Positions 46,582 through 54,067 of a DNA stretch of 64,000 nt are shown here, piece by piece (within the stretch, counting starts at the first letter, position 1; every line of letters starts with the position of its first letter). The DNA comes from Desulfosudis oleivorans (GTDB taxonomy: Bacteria > Desulfobacterota > Desulfobacteria > Desulfobacterales > SURF-7). The notes beneath the pieces are model-generated. The model saw only the letters and a list, made by a program, of their open reading frames with translations. It made no database searches and was not told where the DNA came from. The stretch spans positions 2,650-66,649 of the forward strand of contig DYJC01000016.1 of NCBI GenBank assembly GCA_020723305.1. The letters run 5' to 3'. A program made the position numbers and the translations under genes.

Positions 46582-46722
46582 GCCGGTTCCAGAAGTCTCT
46601 TGTTGTCATTCCGGTAAAGACCGGAATCCGGAGAAATGAAGTGCTATCCAGTATTTTCAGTTCTTTTCTGGACACCGGCCTTCGCCGGTGTGACGGTTTT
46701 TAATAGTTTTGAAATCAGCGCA
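46579..46722 (+). repeat. MITE-like repeat, copy B
   Basis: TGAGCCGGTTCCAGAAG ... GTCATTCCGGTAAAGACCGGAATCC ... GGACACCGGCCTTCGCCGGTGTGAC ... TTTTGAAATCAGCGCA. Its first three bases are the stop codon of the upstream ATPase gene. Confidence 0.85.
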
Positions 46723-46752
46723 AATGACTACTCTTTTTTGAACGGAGCGAAT

Positions 46753-48591
46753 TTGAAAAAAGCGGATGAGATATCATCAACTGAAAAGCTTCTCCATGTA
46801 ATCCGAAAAGGAAATGAAACCAGCCTGAAGGAATCCGGAGAAGCCGGAGATGATTTTATCGATCAGGAATTCAAGCCATCACTCTATACCATCGTTCCAT
46901 TCAAAAAAAAGATAACACTCAGCATCATTATCGGCAATCATGATCTCATGCTCGTCCTGATCAGCCGGATATCCGACCAGGACTGGAGTCTTCTGGATCG
47001 GAAAAGAGTTGTCTTTTCCCCGCAAATGAAAAAGGATTACAAACCGTTTTCTGTTTTTCTCCGGTCATCCATTTTACAGTTTCTGGAAGGCCGAAAGCCG
47101 GACTATATCTGGAGTACCATCCCCTCTACGAAAATTGAAACACGTTTCCTCACCATTCCAAAGGTGTCCTCCAGTCAGATACCCAAAGTTGCCTATTTTT
47201 CCTTTACCAAAATCAATCCAACCAATGGGGAGGATTTGCTTTTTGACTTTGAGATCTTGGGTGAAGTTTCTCAGGGAGGCGCTCAGAAACTACAGTTGTT
47301 TGCCTATACTGCATTTTCCAAGGAGGTTGACAATCTTCGGAAACTGTTTGTCGGAATAGGCTTGCCTCTTACCGGCATTTCCATTGTTCCGTTTGCAATG
47401 CAGAATCTTTTCAGAAGCAAGCTTCTGGGCAATCTGCCGGCAAATATATGTACCCTGTATGTGGGCAAGGACTGGTCCCGCATAGATATTTTTTCAAAAG
47501 GGAATCTTGTCCTGTCTCGGGATATCAAGACAGGGATCAACAGTCTTATCGAAGCAGTGAAGGGCCGGACAGAGAGAGAAATCCAAGAGGATGAACCGGA
47601 TAATAACCATCCGTACCTGGAAGATAAGGAGTTTTTAGAAAAATTTTTCAAAGACCTTTCCATCCGTGGCGCTGAAACCGGTCAGGGCATGAGTTCCGGC
47701 ACCCTGAACCATGCCGGTATGCTGGAGATGATTATCCCGGTAATCCGGAGACTGGTTCGACAGGTTGACAGAACATTTGAGCATTTTACCGTTAATTTTG
47801 ATCATGAACCCATCGGGAAAATTTTTATTACCGGAGATCTTTGCGCACATCCGCAAATCATTGATCTGATCAGTCAGCAGTTGAATTTTGATATTGATTG
47901 TATCGATCCTTTTTCAACCGGTATTGTCCGCATAAAAAAAAATCAGATACCCGATACAGTAGCGGAGAAGGATTCTTTTGCTCCGGCAATGGGTCTTGCT
48001 GTTTCAAATAACAACCGGACTCCGAACCTTCTTTACACTTACTTACAAAAAGGAATCACATCCAGAATTCAGAAAATCAATCAATATGTATTTATGGCTT
48101 TTCTGGCTGCCATGTCTGCCGGTATTGTTTTTTTTTACTGGCAGGATCATGCCATGAAGTTGAAAAAAGAGCGGATTGATCGATTGCATGTTCAGCTCGA
48201 GAACTTCAATCCTCTGGTTGAAAAAAAACTGATTCTTCAGATGGCTTCGGTTCTGGATAATGAAAGAAAGGAAAATGTTTGCCAGGCAGAAAGGTGTCTG
48301 GGCCTGGTGATGCTCTCTGAACTGGCTAGCAGAACTCCGGAAAATATCCGTCTATTAAAAATGGATGCTCAGTTTTTTAAAGATCCTTCCGAACCCGGCA
48401 AGAACAAACTTCTGCTGATCGAGGGAGCTGTCTTTCAGAGGAGTACTCCGGCGGATGCGGATCTGGCTGTTTATTTAATTCAACTTGGAAAATCTCCAAT
48501 TTTCAAACAGGTCAGCATAAGAGAAAAGTCGATTCAGATGATGAACGGTGAAAAAGTTTTGAAATTTATTGCGAAACTGGAATCTGTGTAA
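46753..48591 (+). CDS. PilM-PilN fusion (MshI/GspL-like) pilus assembly protein
   Basis: Track ORF 46636..48591 begins inside MITE B and has no ATG before codon 105. TTG 46753 is proposed because GGAG lies 5 nt upstream. The N-half is PilM-like. A TM helix YVFMAFLAAMSAGIVFFYW is followed by a coiled-coil/periplasmic part. Confidence 0.6.
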   Translation: MKKADEISSTEKLLHVIRKGNETSLKESGEAGDDFIDQEFKPSLYTIVPFKKKITLSIIIGNHDLMLVLISRISDQDWSLLDRKRVVFSPQMKKDYKPFSVFLRSSILQFLEGRKPDYIWSTIPSTKIETRFLTIPKVSSSQIPKVAYFSFTKINPTNGEDLLFDFEILGEVSQGGAQKLQLFAYTAFSKEVDNLRKLFVGIGLPLTGISIVPFAMQNLFRSKLLGNLPANICTLYVGKDWSRIDIFSKGNLVLSRDIKTGINSLIEAVKGRTEREIQEDEPDNNHPYLEDKEFLEKFFKDLSIRGAETGQGMSSGTLNHAGMLEMIIPVIRRLVRQVDRTFEHFTVNFDHEPIGKIFITGDLCAHPQIIDLISQQLNFDIDCIDPFSTGIVRIKKNQIPDTVAEKDSFAPAMGLAVSNNNRTPNLLYTYLQKGITSRIQKINQYVFMAFLAAMSAGIVFFYWQDHAMKLKKERIDRLHVQLENFNPLVEKKLILQMASVLDNERKENVCQAERCLGLVMLSELASRTPENIRLLKMDAQFFKDPSEPGKNKLLLIEGAVFQRSTPADADLAVYLIQLGKSPIFKQVSIREKSIQMMNGEKVLKFIAKLESV

Positions 48592-49139
48592 TGGCAAAGG
48601 CACTAAAAATAGACAGGCTGCCCAAACTACCCAAGAGAAGTTTTATCTATTTGCTGATCTGCGGAGGAGGGATATTTCTGTTCTGCCTTATTGGCATTTA
48701 TCCAAATTTCAAAGAAATATCCTCCCTTGATGATGAAATAACGATTCTGAATCAAAAGATCAGTGAACAGGAAATACTGTTTCCGGTGTTCAAAAAAATG
48801 TTGTCACGAATCAAACAATCCACCCATTTGAAGGGCAGAGAGGACACACGTGAAAAACTGAAAACAGAGGATATCGCCGCCTTTTCAGATATTATCGGAG
48901 GGTTTTCACAAAAAAATGATCTGAGTATTCATGAAAATACCATTGATATCCGCAAATTTAAGGAAAAGGGTGGATTTCTGGAGATGAATTATTCAATGCA
49001 AGGGGAGCTGGATGATTTCCGAATATTTATTATCCAGATGATGGCCTTGCCCTATGATATTCGAATCGGTCGGCTTGAGATTGAGCCGGTATCTGAGCAG
49101 AAAGCTTTTCAGCTTCGCATTTGGGTGGCGCTGAAATAG
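48591..49139 (+). CDS. PilO/MshJ/GspM-like bitopic assembly protein
   Basis: 182 aa with TM helix FIYLLICGGGIFLFCLIGIY followed by a coiled coil. The ATG overlaps the upstream stop (TAATG). Called by architecture and position only. Confidence 0.45.
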   Translation: MAKALKIDRLPKLPKRSFIYLLICGGGIFLFCLIGIYPNFKEISSLDDEITILNQKISEQEILFPVFKKMLSRIKQSTHLKGREDTREKLKTEDIAAFSDIIGGFSQKNDLSIHENTIDIRKFKEKGGFLEMNYSMQGELDDFRIFIIQMMALPYDIRIGRLEIEPVSEQKAFQLRIWVALK

Positions 49140-49177
49140 CCGGTTTGCCCTTCGACCGGCACATCATGGAATTTATA

Positions 49178-49320
49178 TGGGTTAATTTCAAAACGTTCCA
49201 AAGCGTCACACCGGCGAAAGCCGGTGTCCAGAAACATACTGAAAATACTGGATAGCGCTACGCTTCACTGCGTGTCCGGCTTTCGCCGGAATGACAAAAC
49301 AGACTTTTGAAACTGGCTCA
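49178..49320 (-). repeat. MITE-like repeat, copy C
   Basis: Inverted orientation: TGGGTTAATTTCAAAACG ... GTCACACCGGCGAAAGCCGGTGTCC ... GTCCGGCTTTCGCCGGAATGAC ... CTTTTGAAACTGGCTCA. Confidence 0.85.
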
Positions 49321-49399
49321 TATGAGTTGCCTTTTTACGGACATGTCATTTTGATGAAAGAGTAACAATCTGGATCTATAAGTCGGTGTTTATACACAA

Positions 49400-49882
49400 A
49401 TGAGTAGACGGGAAAAAATAATTGTCGTTGCCATGATCCTTGCCGTCGTATTGGGAGGGTTCAACTTCCTTGGGAAGCCTCCCGATCCTTTACTTGTCGG
49501 CAAGGAACAGCATATCAATGAGTTGAACCAGTTTATTGCAAAAGCAATTTCTCAATTGAATGATAATGGCGGCAAGGTTTCGGAGTATATCCTGAAAACA
49601 GCATCGCTCAAATTGGATAAAGATCCGTTTCTGAAAATGGAAGCGAAAAAAGCATCGGTTCCGGAGCAAAAAAGTTCAATCGCAGAAAAGGATGAACAGA
49701 CGTTGCATTATTCGGGATATCTTCAGTTGGGCCATAAAAACATTGCGATAATCAATGGATATGAGTATGAAAACGGAGATGCAATGGAATCCCTTGGCTA
49801 TATTGTTCAACAGATTACGCCTGAAAAGGTGATTCTGGAATCAATGGGGAAAGAAAAGATCATTCTTCTTATTGAAGAATAA
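49400..49882 (+). CDS. Small bitopic protein, PilP/MshK/GspC-like candidate
   Basis: 160 aa with TM helix IIVVAMILAVVLGGFNFLG and a beta-rich C-terminus YSGYLQLGHKNIAIINGYEYENGD...VILES. It sits directly before the secretin gene. Confidence 0.35.
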   Translation: MSRREKIIVVAMILAVVLGGFNFLGKPPDPLLVGKEQHINELNQFIAKAISQLNDNGGKVSEYILKTASLKLDKDPFLKMEAKKASVPEQKSSIAEKDEQTLHYSGYLQLGHKNIAIINGYEYENGDAMESLGYIVQQITPEKVILESMGKEKIILLIEE

Positions 49883-49897
49883 GGGTTTAAACCGTAC

Positions 49898-49931
49898 CAC
49901 ACCCCCCTTAATCCCCCCTCAAGGGGGGAAT
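49898..49931 (+). repeat. C6/G6 palindromic repeat R6
   Basis: CACACCCCCCTTAATCCCCCCTCAAGGGGGGAAT, followed by the half-unit CCCCAAGGGAGAAT. Confidence 0.8.
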
Positions 49932-49987
49932 TGTGAGCGTCAGAGACCCCAAGGGAGAATATAAAAAAACGAAAGGTTGTTACGCTA

Positions 49988-52120
49988 ATGAATTTTCAAG
50001 TTGAAAAAACCATTTTCGTGTATATGACAGCAGCAGTTTTTTTTCTGGCGGCAATATACGGCTGTGCAGAAAAAAACGGTTTGAACTCCAATCTTTCATT
50101 TGACAAATGGCGGGCAATGGCAGGTACAAACAAAGGTCATTCCCCGTCTGATAAAGGTCAGTCCACTGTTGTTTCCGATGACCTGTCCAAAAAGATACCG
50201 CATAAAGTGGAAGCGGTTTCAACAAGAAAAGTATTGCCTTCCAAAAGAATTACCATGAAACTTCAGGATACGGGCATATCCACGATTCTCAGGGCTCTTG
50301 CCAAGTCTGTTGAATTGAATATTCTGATCAACGAGAACATTAAAGGGAAAACCAGTATTCATGTCAAGGATGCAAGGTGGGATGAGCTGTTCAACGGGAT
50401 TGTCCGATCCAATGGACTGGCTTATGTCTGGGAGGGAGATCTGCTTCGGGTTATGACCATCGAAGATCTGCAACGTGACTTGAAACAGGCGGAGCAGCAG
50501 AGGGATTTACGGCTCACGGAGCCGATGCTGACAAGGATCATCCCGATCCGGTATGCGGATGAAAAAAAGCTGGGTGAGAATCTGGTCAAATTTCTTTCCA
50601 AGGATCAGAAAGGAGCTGCAATCGGATCCATATCCGTGGATGCGCATACAAAATCACTGGTGATTCAGGCACTGCAATCCGATCTGGATAGGCTGGCAAC
50701 CCTTGTGAACGATCTTGACAAACCCATTGCACAGGTTCTGATCGAGGCGAATATTATTGAAACCAGCCGGGAAACAGCAAGAGACCTGGGTGTACAGTGG
50801 GGAGGAGTGGTGAAAAGAGCAGGATCGACCAATCAATACCTGACTTCCGGTTCAAACAGTTCCGGAGCCTTGGGAAACAGTTTGGAAGCTCCCATAGCGC
50901 CCACTTCCGGTATGGCTGGAAATTTTCCGGCAGACCTTGGCAACAGTGGTGGATTGACCCTTGGCTATGTTGCAGAGAAGGCAGGCGAAAGGGTTCTTGC
51001 TGTGCAGCTCTCGGCTTTGCAGGCAGAGGGGAAACTGAATATTCTTTCCAGCCCGTCGATCACCACACTGGACAACCAGTCTGCCATTATTGAATCCGGA
51101 TCAACCGTTCCCTACCAGACGGTTTCTTCCAACGGCGATATCAACATTCAATGGAAGGATGCGGTTTTAAGACTGGAAGTCGAACCCCATGTGATCGATG
51201 AGGCATCACTCAAACTGGCGATCAAGACCCGGAAGGATGAGCTGGATTTTTCAAGGGAAGTGGATGGCAACCCGACCATCATAACCAAAAAGGCGGAAAC
51301 CAGTATCTTTCTTTTGGATGGCCAGACAACCGTGATCGGAGGACTGAACAAGGAAACCAAAACCGATACGGAATCGGGTGTACCGGGTCTGATGCATATC
51401 CCGTATGTGGGATCTTTTTTTAAAGGCACCAGTCATGGGGACAGCATGGAGGATGTACTGATTTTTATTACTCCTCATATTTTAAAGAAATCGCCTTCCA
51501 TACAATCCAAGGAAACAGAAATCTCTGAAAGTGAAGGAAAGATACTGGCTCAGGAACTGGAAAATGAATCAGTTCAGGAGAAAACAGATGAGCATCCTGC
51601 ACAAGGAAGCCCCCGTTTGGAAAAACCGGCTGTACTTGGAAAAGTTTCTGCGGAAGAATCGGAAACACTATGGCTGATGACGCAATCTGTCTATGGCGTG
51701 TATCGTCCGGAACTCGTGGAACAAGTCATGAAGATCAACCCCCATATTCAACATCCGGATCATATTGGTGTCGGGCAGGTGATCTATTTCCCGGCTATAC
51801 ATGAATCCGGAAGGATTTCTCAACAGAATGCATTCTGGATTCAGATTGATGAGGATGGAGAACTGGAAAAAGCCTATCGCAAGCTGCGATACTATAAAAC
51901 CTTGCTGCCGGACATTCAGATGATTCCTTACTGGAACGACCAGACAGGGCTGCATTTTGCCATTATTCTGAAAGAGGTATTTACAAAAGAGGAGCCGGCC
52001 CAGGAAAGAAGAAGTATACTTCCGGATTCCATGGGTGAAAAAGCAGAGGTGATTTCAATGTGGAAATCAGGGACTGTTTTTTTTGCAGATCCTTTCACAT
52101 CCTTGAAAAGAGCGGAATGA
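49988..52120 (+). CDS. Lipoprotein secretin (PilQ/MshL/GspD family) with C-terminal LysM-like extension
   Basis: 710 aa with lipobox FLAAIYGC and an N-domain ITMKLQDTGISTILRALAKSVELNILI. The secretin core includes VLIEANIIETSRETARDLGVQWGG, LNILSSPSITTLDNQSAIIESG, GVPGLMHIPYVGSFF and VLIFITPHIL. About 210 extra residues follow the core. Confidence 0.85.
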   Translation: MNFQVEKTIFVYMTAAVFFLAAIYGCAEKNGLNSNLSFDKWRAMAGTNKGHSPSDKGQSTVVSDDLSKKIPHKVEAVSTRKVLPSKRITMKLQDTGISTILRALAKSVELNILINENIKGKTSIHVKDARWDELFNGIVRSNGLAYVWEGDLLRVMTIEDLQRDLKQAEQQRDLRLTEPMLTRIIPIRYADEKKLGENLVKFLSKDQKGAAIGSISVDAHTKSLVIQALQSDLDRLATLVNDLDKPIAQVLIEANIIETSRETARDLGVQWGGVVKRAGSTNQYLTSGSNSSGALGNSLEAPIAPTSGMAGNFPADLGNSGGLTLGYVAEKAGERVLAVQLSALQAEGKLNILSSPSITTLDNQSAIIESGSTVPYQTVSSNGDINIQWKDAVLRLEVEPHVIDEASLKLAIKTRKDELDFSREVDGNPTIITKKAETSIFLLDGQTTVIGGLNKETKTDTESGVPGLMHIPYVGSFFKGTSHGDSMEDVLIFITPHILKKSPSIQSKETEISESEGKILAQELENESVQEKTDEHPAQGSPRLEKPAVLGKVSAEESETLWLMTQSVYGVYRPELVEQVMKINPHIQHPDHIGVGQVIYFPAIHESGRISQQNAFWIQIDEDGELEKAYRKLRYYKTLLPDIQMIPYWNDQTGLHFAIILKEVFTKEEPAQERRSILPDSMGEKAEVISMWKSGTVFFADPFTSLKRAE

Positions 52121-52134
52121 TAAGGGGATAGGGC

Positions 52135-53745
52135 ATGGATTACTTTGAAATCCTGAATTTGAGCAAAGAACCTTTTTCCAATTCACCGGATCCGGAATTT
52201 TTTTTCCAGTCCAGGCAGCACAAGGAGTGCTTGCAGAAATTGGAGATCTCCATCCGGCTTCGCCGAGGGCTGAATGTGGTTGTCGGGGAAGTGGGAACCG
52301 GAAAAACCACGCTTTGCCGTCAACTGATTCAAAAATTTTCAACTGATGAAAAAATCGAAACCTACCTGATGCTGGATCCCCAATTCTCTTCTTCTCAGGA
52401 GTTCCTGTCCGCCATTCAACGCTTGTTTGATGAAAGGGAAGTTGCCACAGATCCTCCGGGGCAGGAAGGCGATATCAACGCAAAAGAACGGATCAAGCAG
52501 GTTCTGTTTCAAAAAGGAGTCGATGAGAATAAGACGATTGTGCTGATTATTGATGAGGGGCAGAAGATTTCAGAACCCTGTCTGGAGATTCTTCGGGAGC
52601 TTTTGAATTATGAAACCAATCATCATAAGCTTCTGCAGATCATTATTTTTGCCCAGAAAGAGTTTGAAGAAGTAATCGCAAAGCATGAAAATTTCAAAGA
52701 TCGTATTAACCTGTACCATCGACTCGGGCCCCTTGATTTTCGCGACACCTGGCAGATGATTGCTTTTAGGTTACAACAATCCAGCCGGGACAAAACCGTC
52801 CGTCCTGTATTCACCCTGCCGGCATTCCTGGCCATCTATATTTCAACCTCCGGGTATCCCAGAAAGATTATCAATTTATGCCATCAGAGCATGCTGGCGA
52901 TGATTGTCCAGAACCAGCCCAAAGCCGGATGGCTCCTGATTCGGGCCTGTGCACGAAGGAATATGATTGGAAATCCTTTTACCGGGAGGCTGTCGCTGAC
53001 CTTCGGGTTAGGGTTGCTTCTGGTCGTATGTTTACTGATTTTTGGAAATCCGGATCTGTTTCATTTCTGGAAGGTGAATGCTTCTGAGAAGAAACAGGAA
53101 GTGCTGAAAAAGGATCAACCGGAAAAACCCAGGCCTGCCGAGGTTGCCGGGAAACCGGAAATAAAGGTTCCGGTTCCCCCCAAAAAGGAAATTCCTCCAA
53201 ATGATGCGGTTGATCCATCCAGTGAAACCGCGCCCAGGGTTCTCGGAAAGGTTTCGATTCAAAAGGGAGAGTCCCTTGGATTGATCTCTTTGAGTATATT
53301 CGGAAGGGTTGATCCCATGACCCTGGAAAGCATTGTTGCTGCCAATCCGCATATTGCAAGACCGGAAAATATCGAGACCGGAACAGTCATTCATCTTCCT
53401 GCAATTCCGGTGCGTGTCCGGAATACAGGCTTGCCATGCTGGTGGGTGAGGTTAGGCGAAACAGGCAGTCCGGAGGAGGCAATGGAGTTTATCCGTTCCC
53501 ATCCGGAACATGATCCGCCTTTTCGAATGATCCCTTTTTATTCAAAAAAATTAGGTCTGAAATTTGAGATCATTGCCAAGGAATATTTTTTTGATCCGGA
53601 TTCGGCGCAGAAACTGCTGGAAAAAATAGAGACAGCTGATTTCCCCCATGCCGGCATTCGATCCGGCTGGGGTGATGAAAAAGATGTTTTATATGCCAAT
53701 CCGTATCTGGTTTATAAAAGCGGGTCTGGAATGAGAAAAGAATAA
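52135..53745 (+). CDS. ExeA/GspA/MshM-like AAA ATPase with TM helix and periplasmic LysM-like module
   Basis: 536 aa. MDYFEILNLSKEPFSNSPDPEFFFQSRQHKE, Walker A GEVGTGKTTL and Walker B VLIIDEGQ. TM helix LTFGLGLLLVVCLLIF, a Pro/Lys-rich linker, and a C-terminal module homologous to the secretin tail. Confidence 0.8.
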   Translation: MDYFEILNLSKEPFSNSPDPEFFFQSRQHKECLQKLEISIRLRRGLNVVVGEVGTGKTTLCRQLIQKFSTDEKIETYLMLDPQFSSSQEFLSAIQRLFDEREVATDPPGQEGDINAKERIKQVLFQKGVDENKTIVLIIDEGQKISEPCLEILRELLNYETNHHKLLQIIIFAQKEFEEVIAKHENFKDRINLYHRLGPLDFRDTWQMIAFRLQQSSRDKTVRPVFTLPAFLAIYISTSGYPRKIINLCHQSMLAMIVQNQPKAGWLLIRACARRNMIGNPFTGRLSLTFGLGLLLVVCLLIFGNPDLFHFWKVNASEKKQEVLKKDQPEKPRPAEVAGKPEIKVPVPPKKEIPPNDAVDPSSETAPRVLGKVSIQKGESLGLISLSIFGRVDPMTLESIVAANPHIARPENIETGTVIHLPAIPVRVRNTGLPCWWVRLGETGSPEEAMEFIRSHPEHDPPFRMIPFYSKKLGLKFEIIAKEYFFDPDSAQKLLEKIETADFPHAGIRSGWGDEKDVLYANPYLVYKSGSGMRKE

Positions 53746-53750
53746 TAACT

Positions 53751-53891
53751 TGAGTTACTTTCAAAACGATGAAAAACCGTCACACCGGCGAAGGCCGGTG
53801 TCCAGAAAAGAATTGAAAATACTGGATAGCACTTCATTTCTCTGGATTCCGGCCTTCGCCGGAATGACAACAGACTTTTGAAATTGGCTCA
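53751..53891 (-). repeat. MITE-like repeat, copy D
   Basis: TGAGTTACTTTCAAAACG ... GTCACACCGGCGAAGGCCGGTGTCC ... ATTCCGGCCTTCGCCGGAATGAC ... CTTTTGAAATTGGCTCA. Confidence 0.85.
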
Positions 53892-53944
53892 CTTACTTGT
53901 TGTTTTATCAAGTTTGATGGTTTCGTAAAAAAAGTTTATTTTTT

Positions 53945-54017
53945 GTCATTCCGGCGAAAACCGGAATCCAGTGATGTATTTCAATGGTTTCTGGACTCCG
54001 GTTTTCACCGGAGTGAC
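53945..54017 (+). repeat. MITE-like repeat, copy E (core only, no termini)
   Basis: GTCATTCCGGCGAAAACCGGAATCC ... CTGGACTCCGGTTTTCACCGGAGTGAC, in the opposite orientation to copy D, which lies 54 nt upstream. Confidence 0.75.
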
Positions 54018-54067
54018 GGAATGAGGACATTTTATGAGTTCATCAAGCCTGCAAGGTAGAAAAAACC

